Below are positions 27,890 to 41,910 of a stretch of 64,000 nucleotides of DNA, piece after piece. Numbering within the stretch: the first letter of the stretch is position 1; the number at the start of each line of letters is the position of its first letter. The stretch covers positions 46,624,001 through 46,688,000 of the forward strand of contig OX597815.1 in assembly GCA_951406725.2 (NCBI GenBank), read 5' to 3'. Both the position numbers and the translations under genes were made by a program. The notes under the pieces were generated by a model, which saw nothing but the letters and a program-made list of their open reading frames with translations, did not search any database and was not told where the DNA came from. Source of the DNA: Octopus vulgaris. Taxonomy: Eukaryota.

Positions 27890-27890
<1 letters not shown>

Positions 27891-27960
<70 letters not shown>

Positions 27961-27978
27961 CAACAACAACAATAATAA
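27891..27978. repeat. (AAT)n(AAC)n microsatellite
   Basis: Read directly. One of many (TA)n, (CA)n, (GA)n and (ATT)n tracts across the window. Confidence 0.95.
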
Positions 27979-28872
27979 AGGGCTAACAGAGCCAACACTT
28001 AAAATATAATTTCTTTACAAAAGGGGGCAAAAAGAAAAAGAAAATAGAAGCTGAGACCTACTTAGACAATCAGACCACACCTTTTGATGGAGACCGAGCC
28101 TCATAATGAAGTTAGAATAAGAGAAACTTGCTCTGCTGCAAAAATTCAATGATCTTCACATAGTAGTATGTAAATTTATTATTATTATTTATTTATTTAT
28201 TTTTTTGTCTTTGGTCAGTAAGTATTATTTTCTATTTGCTTCTATCTAGAATTTGAGATCTGGACATCAAGGTTTTGAAACTGACCTATTTTCCGTAATA
28301 TTTCAGACAAATTCAGCGCTGAGTTGCTGAAGTAAAAATATCGTTATAGCAAATAATCTGCTCAATATCACAGATTTGCTTGTCAGTTGCTTGACCATAT
28401 CCACTTGAACAAGAGTAGTGGGAGAGCATCATAGCCATGTGTTGTGAGGGTTTCTTTTGGGTTTGAATAAATGTAACAAAAGCAAAGTTTGAAGGAAATA
28501 TTAACCATTTTTCATACATTCTAGTGGTAACCAAATAGGAAATTTCAGTTGCTACCCAAAAACAAAAATCGTGTTACAGATTGTGACCACTGAATGGCAG
28601 AAAGCAAAACTGGTAGAGAGGTGGACCGAATAGCATGTAATACATTAGTTACGGCTCTCTACGATACGAATACACGAAAGACACATAAACTAATGTATTT
28701 CTAGATGGACTGTGCCTGATGCGAGTAAAAAAAAATGCCGATAGAATTAAGACTGGACCACCCTTGATGACTTATGGTCAAACCATCACCAACAAGATAC
28801 ATAATAAATATGTCACGGAGTGGGAAAAATCATTTATGAGCGGCAAAGAATCCACAAGGAAGCATCTAAAAG

Positions 28873-29582
28873 CAGTAGTTCTCAACTATTTTTACATGTA
28901 GAGCTATTTGATTATTGTTTTACTTAAGTAGACCCCAACCTCATAGCTATTCGATGTTTAAAAAAAACTAGTTTTATAGATTCTTCTTTAAAAATTCCTT
29001 TTCTGATTTTCATACATTCACTAATGTAGGTCGAATTATGTAAAATGTTCAATAAATACAGCTAAAGCAAAATTTTTTTTCATGAATTCTTGATATACGC
29101 AGGATAGGCGCAGGATTGGCTGTTTGGTAAGTAGCTTGCTAACCAACCACATGGTTCCGGGTTCAGTCCCACTGCGTGGCACCTTGGGCAAGTGTCTTCT
29201 GCTATAGCTCCGGGCCGACCAATGCCTTGTGAGTGGATTTGGTAGACAGAAACTGAAAGAAGCCTGTCGCATATGTGTATATATATTTATGTTTGTGTGT
29301 CTGTGTTTGTCCCCCTAGCATTGCTTGACAACCGATGCTGGTGTGTTTACGTCCCCGTCACTTAGCGGTTCGGCAAAAAGAGACCGATAGAATAAGTACT
29401 GGGCTTACAAAGAATAAGTCCCGGGGTCGATTTGCTCGACTAAAGGCGGTGCTCCAGCATGGCCGCAGTCAAATGACTGAAACAAGTACAAAAAAAAAAA
29501 AAATACTACTGTGGGTCCCCAATTTAATATTTTGCTTGTGTGAACCACCAGGGGCTACATGGACCCTGATTGAGAACCGCTG
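28873..29582. mobile_element. hAT-type MITE with a nested SINE
   Basis: Ends CAGTAGTTCTCAA / TTGAGAACCGCTG; SINE family A inserted at 29107-29500. Confidence 0.6.
29107..29500 (+). mobile_element. SINE family A, full length, CpGs intact
   Basis: GGCGCAGG head through AAATGACTGAAACAAGTA tail. Confidence 0.9.
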
Positions 29583-30651
29583 ATCAATAGTTTTCTTTTA
29601 TCTTCTAAAAATAACAGTTAAAATCTTTCCCCAAACGCATTCCTGTCGTCTTTAAAATGTAATAAAAGGGGAGCCGAACATATAAGACAGTTGTGGTCAA
29701 TAAGACATGATGGCCATGGTTTAAACTTGCTCGTTTAAACCTGCCATAGGGGGCTAAACAACGATAAAAAAATGGTGGTTTAAAATAAAATAAGCTGAAA
29801 TAGGAAAGACCGAGTTAAAACGGTCTTAAAAATTCTTTCCGTCACTGCTACTATTTCCGATCTATGAAACAGACCGAAGAAAGATTAAAAGAGAGTGAGC
29901 GGTAGGCAAAGAAATCTACCAACACATGGAAGAAGTAAGTTAATCCAAAAAAGAATAATAATAATAATAAATAAAATAAAATCTTGATTTTTCTTCATTT
30001 GATAGTTATATAAATAAATATTGGTTCGTTCTGAGTAAAGGAGTACCAGTTGTATTCAAGTTTCTTTTTTCGTTTTTTTTTTTTTTCCAGTTTAATGGTA
30101 AAAACATGTTTTTGAAAGACAAAGTTCAAAGGAAACCCTGAAAAACCACACACACACACACAACTCATGAAAACAATCTTACAGCATACAAAACGAGAAA
30201 AAGAGAGGCAGAGAGAGAGAGAGAGAGAGAGGCAGAGAGAGAGAGAGAGAGAGAGAGAGGCAGAGAGAAAGAGAGAAAGAGAGAGGATGTTGGTAAATAA
30301 TGAGTGTTTGACCAAATAAATGGTCCACAGAAGTGAAAAAGAGAAAGATAACAAATAAGACACACACACACAACGAGGAAGGTGTAAAAAGTGGCTAGGT
30401 TTCCATGTATAATTATAATAAGAATGGATAAAAAATGGATACACGCACACCGTGTGTGTGTGTGTGAACGAAGTTACTGAATGTTACACTAAAAAGCAGG
30501 AGTAAATTTAGGGAAGTAGAACTCGTCGACCAACAAGAAAGAAAGAAATTAAAAAAAAAACTATGCACAAATGAAATGAAGCATGTAAATGTATATGTAC
30601 ACACACACACACACACACACGTATATGCATAATATACATATACAGACACAG

Positions 30652-30690
<39 letters not shown>

Positions 30691-33104
30691 TGTATGTATA
30701 CAAGCATATACTTGTACATGAAACTACATGCATACAGAGGAATTGATTTCAGTGAAAAAAAAAAGTGGGGGAGAGAAGGAAACAAGATTAGAAATTAAGT
30801 TTTCATCAGTGCCCTTAGTGACCTAGTAAATGGTTTGCCATTAGTTGAGAAGTGTGTGTCTATGCGTGCGTGTGTGAGTGAGTGCGCGTGCGAATGTAAT
30901 AAATCCAGCCATCAATGAGAGAAAAAAAATGGAGCAGAAAGTTGAAATCTGCTTCTGATGTCATTGAGTTTAGCTCAATGATTAGGCCTACACACACAGA
31001 AGATAGACATGTAGGGAAGAATGATTTCAAATATTAGCATAAGGTGACAAATTTTGGGGAGGGTAGAAGGGCATAGTCTATCAAACGTATCCTATTGGAT
31101 AACAGACGCTTTATTTTATCAACCCCAACACCTCACTTTCAGAAAATAGAAAAATGAAGTTGATGTCGGTGAGATTTGAAATGGGAATGCTAAGATACAC
31201 GAGATTGAAGAATCATATTCTTACACAATATTATTCCCTTACAAACATTTCGAATGGCTTGAGGGACCAACAAAGGACACGTGACAATAATTCAAAACGA
31301 AAATAACAAGAGTAAGTAGAAACTCGTTATGATGCGGAGTGGGATAGCAGAATTCATCAGAGGAAGAACTCCCGTCAAGCAAATGTTTCGGTCCGTTAAT
31401 TACTTATATTCCAAAAATGAGCACTCAAAGTCATGACTTCTATGTGCCCTGCTGCTATTTTCGAAATGCCAACTTTAGTGAGGACTGAACCAGGAACCGC
31501 CAAGTGATCTTATTTTTCTAAACTGTGATGTATGCCGTTCGGTCACGAAGACCACTGAAGGAACTTGCACCGAGGATCTATTTCAATCTCGGTTTTCCAT
31601 CAGAATACATCTCTCATCCAACCGTCCTAGATTAGCACTGACCCCTAAAAGATGAAAGGTAAAATTTATCTTGGCGAGATTGGAACTCGATGAAGGAATA
31701 GATAGAGAAAGAACAAATGCCACATAACGATTCAGTCATATTCGAAGCCTAAAATTACAGGGTGGTCATAACTGAAATGTCTTTGATCACAGGTTTACAC
31801 AATCATAGCTTACTTGGTGTTTAAAAAAAAACTCAACAAATTGAAATTTAGAATGAAGCGTTGAAACCACACCATTCAAATGGCTACGCAGATAACTACA
31901 GTTAATTAATTTTATACAGGTACACGTGTGTGGCTATTTATCATAAAAATTTTCCTCTGATCGAACAGACCTATGATCAAATGTAATACAACTGTGACCA
32001 TTTGTTTTTTTTTAAATCCAACATACTGCATCTTAGACTACATTAGCTAATGTACCCTTGCTTTGTTAATTATTTTATACGACGTTAGGGTTATAAGCTG
32101 GGTAGAAATTTGGTTTCTGTTTCTTGAAGGCCATGCGACCGTGTTGAGCAGTAGGAAGAGAGTAGGATGCTCTGGTACTTGAAAAAGTAGCAGACAACTT
32201 GTTTTATGTTTAATAAATCGAAGACGGTTTTGAACTTTCTAAACTTGTCCAACGCCATAAGGAAGAAACAAGAATTATACAGATGTACACTCATTAAGAA
32301 CACTCATTGATAAATAGGAGTGGACCGAAAAAATTTCGCTAAAAATTCTTTCAGGGAAGGTGTTGATATTCGACGACAGCTGTTCGTTCTACACTGACAA
32401 ACACCATCTCCGTCGTCGTTGGTTCCACGCCACATTTATGTATTAGACGGTTGACTATTAATTTCGAGGAAGATTTTGCTTTCTATTTTTAGCAAGCCGA
32501 ATGACCGCATAGAAGCTTTCTCTGTAGTTCATGTGCCTTGTGTCTGTGTGTGCTCTTGTCCTTTGATGTATTTCGTTCTGTTGCGTGTTCGTCTGGTTGT
32601 CTGTTTGTATGTGTGGTGTTTGTCACTTGTTATTTCGTCCATATCACCTAATTTGTTACCTTGCCATATATAATGGTATTTATTTTCTCTTGGCGCTGAC
32701 GCCGCCACCATCGCCACTCCTTTTCTTATTGTATAAAGACGACTTAACAGCAAATTGACAGCACCCATTTATTCTGAACTAAATTGGTCTGTCATCAAAT
32801 TGAAAGAGAAAACCTGTTGAATTTCTAAGTTCTGCAATAGTTCAAGATGGATGTGTAAATGGTTAAATTAAAAGGATGCTGGACAAGTGGATAATAGATG
32901 GTAACGGTTAGCAGCAACTTGTCATGGTGTTCTTTACAACAAGGGATGTTAATCAAATATGTTTCTATTAAATAAAAGCAAGATGTTGTCGAACGTTTCA
33001 ATATAACTGATATAACATTTCTACAGTCTCCTACTTATTTCTTAAGAGAGGGAGAAGGATGTTTCTCATTCTATTTCTAACTTCGCTGCGAGCCGTTCTA
33101 ATCA

Positions 33105-33445
33105 TTATTATCTCTGCCTTAGCGAAGGTGGAGATATTGTTTTCAGTCATGTTTGTTTGTCCGTGGACAAGATATCTCAAGAACCACTGGATGGATTCGG
33201 ATGAAACTTTCAGGGATGTTTGGCCCCGTGACTGGTACGAACTGATTACATTTTGGAATCGATCCGGTACTGGACAAGGATTCTGGATTATTTTCCGTTT
33301 TTTTTACTTAATTTTTGAGAGCGGTCGGGTTCCTTTTTAGTGAGAGCAATCGAGTTTATTTCAGATATTCTCATTTTAAAAATCATCTCTGGCTAACCGT
33401 TGAGAGGACATTGGCGGTGGTTTGCGCTCACTGAGTGCTCTTGTT
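33105..33445 (+). mobile_element. Helentron-associated (DINE-1/HINE-like) element
   Basis: 5' subterminal hairpin TATCTCTGCC..GGTGGAGATA, (TTTG)/(TCCG) microsatellite, 3' subTIR GGCGGTGG plus stem-loop GCGCTCACTGAGTGC, T-rich ends. Confidence 0.7.
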
Positions 33446-34277
33446 GTTATCATTAAAGTGGCAAACTGGCAGAATCATTAGCATTTCGCCTGTCTTCAAG
33501 CTTCGAGTTCAATTTTTGCTTGTGTGTATGCGCAGCATCTTTGGTTACTATAGAAACAAAGCTTTTCGCCACGGTGATGTGTAAAATACTCGCTTCTGAT
33601 TGGCTAAAAATACCCAAATTTTGCAAATTTTAAAGTCTAATAACTTTTTAATTACGAATTTATAGGGAAAATGAATTTCATTTTCATAATTAGTATACAA
33701 AACTTAGTCCATATACCAAATTTGAAAACAATGACGAAAATCACAAAGATACCCTTTTACTAATAGCTTCTGATCAAACCAAGTCGTATGAGTGAAATTG
33801 GATAGAAGGAAACTATGTTTCCCGGGGACAATCTGTCGAAGTCCAACCTCATTTCACTCGGTGTCACCCTAATTTAACCTAAGGCGTGCGTCAAAGTTAC
33901 TCAAACCTGCGGAGTATTCAGCAACTTACACTCTAATTTAACGATTAGAAATTGTCTGACATCCATTCGACTTACTGTGTCTAGAGCAATTAGGGAATAT
34001 CTAAATACCTTGGATCATAGGTCAGCTCATTCAGGGCTGACCGGGGGGTGGGGTGAAACAAACAAAAGAAAAAACAAAACAAAAACAACTAGTATTACTA
34101 TCATTTTCACACAAACGCAAAACCGATTCTAATAATTTATCGATTTATTGCAATTAATCAATTTAAAGCTTTGATAATTGTTGCTGAATCAGACACACCC
34201 TCTCAAGTTTCATTTATCAAATTCAGTATTTTAATCTTTGAAGTGTTTTGCTGCTGCTGCTAGCAACAATAACAAAA

Positions 34278-34681
34278 GCAGCGAGCTGGCAGAATCGTTA
34301 CAACACCGGGTAAAATGCTTTTGCCTTTCATCCTTTCGGAATAAGTACCTGATGCGAACTGAGGTCGATTACATCAACCTACCCCACCACCTCATCCCAC
34401 CAAAAGAAAAACAAAAAAAAAAAAAAATTTCAGGCCTTGCACCTGAAGTATTATTTTTTATTTTCATTATCAATTTTCTTTTCTACTCTAGTCACAAGGC
34501 CCGAGAATTTTGGGGAGGGTGCCAGTCGATTAGATCGACCCCAGTACGCAACTGGTACTTAATTTATCGACTCCAAAAGGATGAAAGCCAAAGTCGACCT
34601 AGGCGGAATTTGAACTCAGAACGTAACGGCAGACGAAATACCGTTAAGTATTTCGCCCGATGTGCTAACGTTTCTGCCAGC
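34278..34681. mobile_element. Two SINE family B copies tail-to-tail (+ 34278-34450, - 34488-34681)
   Basis: GCGAGCTGGCAGAATCGTTA head on the + strand; CTAACGTTTCTGCCAG end marks the head of the - copy. Confidence 0.7.
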
Positions 34682-35439
34682 ATCATGTTAGCATCATTAT
34701 CAAAGAATAATTATAAACCGTCTGAAAATTAAAACGGATGCGTAAATACAGACTTAAGAATGGGGAGAGGAACCAGGTAAAAGAAACTATGGAAATTTTC
34801 CGTTGGTTGCACCACTGGAAATTTTAAAGTTTAGTGAAAATTTTAAAATTTGGTGTGTTGATGCAATTTTCCAAGTTGAATTTCGAGGGATAATACACTT
34901 TTCCAAATTTTTTTTTTTTAAGTTACAGGGGTTTAAAATTTGATTATTTTTACCCGACCAGAAAACAAGATTTGGAATTGTCATAGCTCCTGCTTTAAGC
35001 ATTTAATAAGCGAAAAATGGCCACGTGTAACAGCTGGCTTGTTACTATGGAAATAGGCACCAATAGGTCTGTGGCTTTCGATTAGCTAAATTTACCCAAA
35101 ATTTGCAAACTTTAAAAGGTATTAACTCTATTGATTTATGGCGAAAATATATTTCATGTCAATGGTTATCATACAAAACTACTACACGATACCAAATACG
35201 AAATCAATTCGAACAAAAGTGAAGAAATTGAAAAGTTGCATCCAAACAGAAAAGATCAGAAACTATACATACTTTATAATTTTGAAAGGTGTTCATTTAC
35301 AACAACTCTAAAGAGTTTGTTATTTAGCCCAAAGTCAGTACAAATACAGTAAAAGAAGCCATGATCAAAAGACGCTTGTCGTGATCCTCCCCGCCTCATC
35401 AATTATTCCACCGTATTGTATTCACGGCTACATTATACC

Positions 35440-35602
35440 GTGGCTGTGTGGTAAAAAATTTGCTTTCCAACCACATAGTTTCAGGTTCATTCCCAATGCG
35501 TGGCACCTTGGGCAGGTGTTTTCTATTATAGCTTCAGGGCAACTAAAGCTTTGTGAGAGGATTTTAGTAGAGGAAAATTGAAAGAAGCCTGTGATAGGTA
35601 TG

Positions 35603-35651
<49 letters not shown>

Positions 35652-35855
35652 TGTGTGTGTGTGTTTGTGTATGTGTGTCTTTGTCCCCCACCACCACTTG
35701 ACAACCGGTGTTGCTCTGTTTATCTCCCCGGTTTAGCAACAGAGACCGATAGAATAAGTACCAGGCTTTAAAAGATGAGCATTGGGGTCGATTCGTTCGG
35801 CTAAAATTCTTCAAGTATGGCTGCAGTCTGTAGACTGAAACAAGTAAAAGAATAA
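35440..35855 (+). mobile_element. SINE family A
   Basis: Head, expanded internal (TA)n(TG)n and tail. Confidence 0.8.
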
Positions 35856-36889
35856 AAAAATCTCTACTTCCATTTTCTTTCTTAGTCAACAGAATTCGAG
35901 TGACATTTTGCTGCTACTTCTAGCAGATTGAGTGACCACGTAATGCTACTACTACCTCACTACTTCATCGCATTCTCTTTAGTCGTGCCGTTGCTTCTAT
36001 ATGAATCGTCCCAATTTAATCGGTATTACAATCACATGTAAATAATATAAAGAATCAAAGTTACTAAAGAAACCCTTCTATAAGGCTCAGACATGCCAAT
36101 CAGTAAAGGGGTGCACAGGACGGCACTGCCCCCTCACTATTCAAAGGGACACTCTCAAATTTACAGTGACACACTTATTTCGAAATTTCACTTTCGCATT
36201 ACTACACATTAGTATACCTCTATGTACCAAGGTCTGGGGACTGACCTGGGCTCAGGTGCTAGTTTTTTAGCCTCGCTCCCTGGAAGCCATAGATGCATCT
36301 GTATAAGGTTTCTTTTTTTTTTTTTTAGCATTTGTCTACCTAAATATTAATTTTAAGAAACACTAAATATGAAAACGATAAACAACTTGTTAGCCACAGA
36401 ACATCAACAATAGGAGACTTCAAAATGTGAATAAGTAATTAAACAAAAATTGACTGGATGCGAGTTCTAATTAATCCAAGTTAATGTCGTAAATCCTTAT
36501 AAACAAACACGAAACTAGTTGAATTTCTGTCAGACATTTTACGTACGTACTTCGAAAGATTACACACACACATGCGCGCAACCTATAAAAACGAAAGAAA
36601 ATATATCACTAATAATAACAAAGTACTCCCTCCCTCCCTCTAGGTCTATGACTTTCTACCTTCCCGCCTTTCTTCCCACTAGTTGAGTTCATGAACTCCT
36701 TAGCTTTGGAGTACTTCTAACACAACGATAGGGATATTATATCCCCCAGCAGCTACAGATATGAAGCCAGACATACATATGTATATATGCCCCTACCATC
36801 GAACATACACACATGCCACTCAACAAGCATAGAGGCGAAGTATGAAATGCCACTAGCTTCATCATCCACAACTCCAACTAAATAATACT

Positions 36890-36943
<54 letters not shown>

Positions 36944-38194
36944 GTATATATATAGATCGCCTGACGCCACAGAACGACGGAGAAAGGGGGGAGTCAAAAG
37001 AAAAGGAAAACAAACAAAACAAAAAACTACTGCTCCGCTAACACTAGCAGCAGCAGTAGTAGTAACAGCAACATCATCATCAGGGACAGAGAAAAAAAAA
37101 CAACCTCTCCCTCACTTTCGAGTTTAAACGAAAAGAGAACGATTGCGGTAGGGAGGGAGGATTAGAGTTTGGTTGATCTTTGCAGCTCGTCTAAGGATCA
37201 TACGAACTGCCCTGGCTGTGTGACCTTTGATTAGAAACTGCAGACGAAGAGGGAGGAGGAAGTGGAGAAAGAGTGAGAAGAGTGAGGAGAGTGAGAGAGA
37301 AAGAAAAATGATAGAGGGGTGAATGAGAAAAAGGGTAAAAAAAAAAAATATGAGGTGGATGTCAGCTTGCAAAATATGTAAAACAAGAGGAAAGGAGGGT
37401 ATGTGCAGAAAGAGAGAAAGGCGAAGATGTGAGAAGGAGCCAGCGAGGTGCGTGCGTGCGCGACGGAATGTGTGTGAGTGTATGAGAGAGAGAGAGAGAG
37501 AGAGAGAGACATAAAACAGTCAATTAGTTAAAAAAAAAATTCGCCTCACAACAAATGTCCTGGGTTCGATCCCCTGTGTGGGATCGTGAGCAAATGTTAT
37601 TTTGCATATCCTCGAGTCAACCCATAACTTGCCAGTGCAAAGAAGCCCTGTCAGATGGATTGTACATGTCTGTAGAATGCCACTTATGGTTTAAATTTAG
37701 TAGATAAAACAGCTCAATCCTCATCGCCGACCAACACACACGCACGCATACTATAAAAGAAGGATAACAGAGCGAGAGGGAGCAAGCTATTTGCTTTAGG
37801 GGGAAGAAAAGCAAAACCCCAGAGTAGTAACGGAGAAACCAAAGTTTCGTATAAATAAACTAAATTCAATTGCATGCGGTGTTACTTTTTTTCTTCTTCA
37901 ACATTGCTGTAAATACAAAACTCACGAACTGTACACATAAATATATATGTATGTAATCAGATCTTATTAACGAGTAAATATATGTTTGATGGCAAAGGAA
38001 TGTGTGCGTATATACACGCATTAAACAATGTGCTGATATATATATATATATATATGGTGGAGAGGATGGAAGCTATATTTAGTGTGACTGTATGAATATA
38101 CTTTTCCTGCTTTCAACTTGATACATAGTTGTAAATACACACACGAATGTAAGTATTTATATATACATAAATATAGTTAAGAGATTATGCACCT

Positions 38195-38273
38195 CCGGCC
38201 CGTAGGTCTGATGAATCGCCTATATTGCTAAGAGCAATCATACACGTGAAACCAATGGTAACTTCCTGACCGG
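38195..38273 (+). ncRNA. Type I hammerhead ribozyme, partly decayed
   Basis: Extended stem I CCGGCCCGTAGGT/ACTTCCTGACCGG (10 of 13 pairs including one G.U); CTGATGA 38208-14; stem II containing ATTGCT/AGCAAT; GAAA 38248-51; stem III CCA-A-TGG; GUA site ending at 38260. Confidence 0.7.
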
Positions 38274-39291
38274 TCATAACCGAACAACTACATACATATA
38301 TGTATATCTACACACACACACACACACAACACGCAGACGGTTGTGAAGACTACGTGTATAAATTGTAAACATTGCTGTGGATGTGTATGGCTGTGAACTA
38401 CATGTAAACGTTAAGCTATTTCCTGACAATAACACTAGTAACGCCATGTACAAGCTTACTAAGCACGACTACCACCAACAGAGGAAATCTTAATGTGGTC
38501 GTACGACCTGCTAGAAATAGCAGCCAATTTTCACACGTCCTATTTTAGAAAAAGTAATTCACTATATAATATGGCCCCGAGATTCTCGCACGAAAGAAAA
38601 AAAATATAAAGATGCTAGGGTCCAAATTAGCCAGTTTTTCTTTGATCATTAGACTGTTCCAAACAGACCTGACCTTCAAACCCCTTACCATCTATCTATC
38701 TTTCCCTTTTCAACATATGCAAGTTAAAACAAGGTAGTGGAGCGACCAGTACCCAGTAGACAAATTGATCTAGAAACTGGATGTTTCTTTTAGCAGAGCA
38801 GAGTAACGGGTAGTATGTTTATAAAGGGTGGATGAGAGAGAGGGAGAGAGAGGAGCAAGACAAATAAACCTACACGTTAGCATTTATATATATATCATTG
38901 TTTACTTTTAATCTCATTCAGAGCCTGACCGGTGAGAGTTCAAGCGGTCACACAAGCACCGTGCCCTCTCTTACTTCTTCCACTAAACCTTTCGTTTATT
39001 TTCAAGCTTTTTCTTCTTTACTTTGACTAAATGTAAAAAACAGATACACGGACGGACGGTGTGCGTGAGTATATATATACAGGCATACAATTCATAATAT
39101 AATTTCAATGCGGAGTAAATAGTTCGGGAGAAAAAAAATATTGTCCTCTGATTAATATATATATATACATATATAGGCATATACACACATGCATATAAGT
39201 AAGTATATACACATACAGGCTGCAACTGTTATGGAAATACCCGAAATGTTGTCAAATATTTTGATTTTGTCGAGTTATATCGAAGAAATGG

Positions 39292-39347
<56 letters not shown>

Positions 39348-39529
39348 ATTATGTACACACACAGGCATACAAACTATATGCACACAAGTATACAAATAAT
39401 ATATATATATATATACACATAAAATAATGGAACAAAAACGTAACAGAGGACAATAAAACATCCGGACAGACAGACTGGCCAGGGAAAACGCACATGCAAG
39501 TACACACACACACACATACATACATACAT

Positions 39530-39579
<50 letters not shown>

Positions 39580-39699
39580 CATGTAGTAGTGGCTGTGTGG
39601 TAAGTAGCTTGCTTACCAACTACGGGCAAGTGTCTTTGCCTAGGTGTGACCAAAGCCTATTGAGTGGATTTGGTAGCCGGAAACTGAAAGAAGCCCGTC

Positions 39700-39737
<38 letters not shown>

Positions 39738-39816
39738 AGAGAAAGAGCGAATGATTTGTTGGTACAAACAGGATAGATGGAACTCAAAACGAGTATATAT
39801 ATTTTATTTTAATAAA

Positions 39817-39847
<31 letters not shown>

Positions 39848-40034
39848 CCAAGTATACACGCACGCACGCGATGAGTACACTAAACAATATAGGAGCGGTA
39901 AAAAAGAATTATTCATCTCCCACTCTTCGGGTATCTTGTTTTATATTTTTGAAGCTAAGTTTTTAAGTTTCTAATCCAGTCAGAAAAGTCTGTAAAGGGA
40001 ATTTTCCTCTTATATATACGTAAGTGTGTGTGTA

Positions 40035-40197
40035 CGCATATATATATATATATGAATGTATATATATATATATATATAAAAACACATGAATGTGTATGTA
40101 TGTATGTATGTATATATATATATATATATATATATAAAAACACATGAATATGTATATATATATATATATATATATAAAACACATGAATGTGTATGTA

Positions 40198-40238
<41 letters not shown>

Positions 40239-40476
40239 CATGAATGTGTATGTATATATGTATATATATATATATATATATATAATAAACACATGAATGT
40301 GTATGTATATATATATATATATATATATAAACACATGAATGTGTATGTATATATATATATATATATAAACACATGAATGTGTATGTATATATATATATAT
40401 ATATATATATACATACATACACATTCATGTGATTTTATATATATATATATATATATATAAAAACACATGAATGTGC

Positions 40477-40508
<32 letters not shown>

Positions 40509-40684
40509 ACAGATGAATGTGTATGTATATATATATATATATATAAAAAAACATGAATGTGTATATATATATATATATATAAACACATGAATGTGTATAT
40601 ATATATGTATATATATATATATAAAATATACACATGAATGTGTGTATATATATATATATATAAAAACACATGAATGTGTATATA

Positions 40685-40727
<43 letters not shown>

Positions 40728-40738
40728 GTATGAATGTG

Positions 40739-40781
<43 letters not shown>

Positions 40782-40890
40782 GTATGAATGTGTGTGTATA
40801 TGTATATATATATATATATATGAATGTATGTGTGTCTGTATGTGTTTATATATATATATCTACACATATATGAATGTATGTGTATATGTG
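40035..40890. repeat. Compound minisatellite: AAACACATGAATGTGTATG units separated by variable (TA)n
   Basis: About 18-19 units counted by eye; one unit is inverted at about 40411-40438. Confidence 0.9.
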
Positions 40891-40891
40891 T

Positions 40892-41250
40892 AGGAGTGGC
40901 TGTGTTAAGTAGCTTGCTTACCAACCACATGGTTCTGGGTCCAGTCCCACTGCGTGGCACCTTGGGCAAGTGTCTTCTACTACAGCCTTGGATCGACCAA
41001 AGCCTTGTGAATGGATTTGGTAGACGGAAACTGAAAGAAGCCACTCGTACGTATGTGTGTTTGTTTGTATGTTTGTGTTTTCCCCCACCCACCCACCGAT
41101 GTTGGTGTGTTTACGACTCCGTAAAGTAGTGGTTCGGCAAAAAAAAAAAAAACGATAGAATAAGTACTAGGCTTAAAAAGAATAAGTCCTGGGATCCATT
41201 TATTCGGCAAAAGGCGGCGCTCCAGCATGGCCGCAGTCAAATGACTGAAA
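40892..41250 (+). mobile_element. SINE family A
   Basis: Near full-length match to 29107-29500. Confidence 0.85.
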
Positions 41251-41260
41251 CTATATATAA

Positions 41261-41291
<31 letters not shown>

Positions 41292-41543
41292 TACTTGTGT
41301 GTATTCCACACTCGATTCATTCTTCCTTTCTTCAACTTTAAAGTAGGTTACTCTACTATTTCCTCTGCTGTTACACTAATACGTTAAGCAGGTTTCCATT
41401 CCTTTAACAGTTCTCTACACTGTAGCGCTGGGGAAGTAGGTATAGAAGAGAAGAGAAAAAAGAGAAAAAAAAAACAAAGAAAAAAGACATTACAAAAATG
41501 TAGTCACGGATACAAATATGTGCCTTAAAAAAAGTGTTGACAG

Positions 41544-41910
41544 GGCACAGGCGTGGCTGTGTGGTAAGAAGCTTGCTTCTCAACATTGTGACTTCAGCTT
41601 CACTGCGCGGCACCCTAGGACATGTGTCTTCTACTGTAGCCCGGAGTCGACAAAAGCCTCGTGAGTGGATTCAGTAGACAGAAACTGAAAAGAAGCCCGT
41701 CGTGCATGTGTATGTGTTCCCGTCCCAACCACAGCTTGATACATGGCGTCGGTGTGTTTACGTCTCGGTAACTTAGCGGTTCTGCAAAAGAGACCGACAT
41801 AATATGTACCAGTCTTAAAGAAATACTGAGATCGTTTCATTCGACTACAGAGTCAAGGCGGTGCCCCAGCATGACCACAGTCTAATGACTGAAATAAGTA
41901 AAAGATGAAA
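41544..41910 (+). mobile_element. SINE family A
   Basis: Full-length, moderately diverged copy. Confidence 0.8.

Noticed and set aside
40035-40890. Repeat-spacer appearance resembling a CRISPR array
   Set aside because: Spacers are only (TA)n, the context is eukaryotic, and there are no cas genes.
39955-41092. Long ORFs up to 360 aa rich in YI/HT/CV
   Set aside because: Translations of (TA)n/(CA)n minisatellite and SINE sequence; no protein signature.
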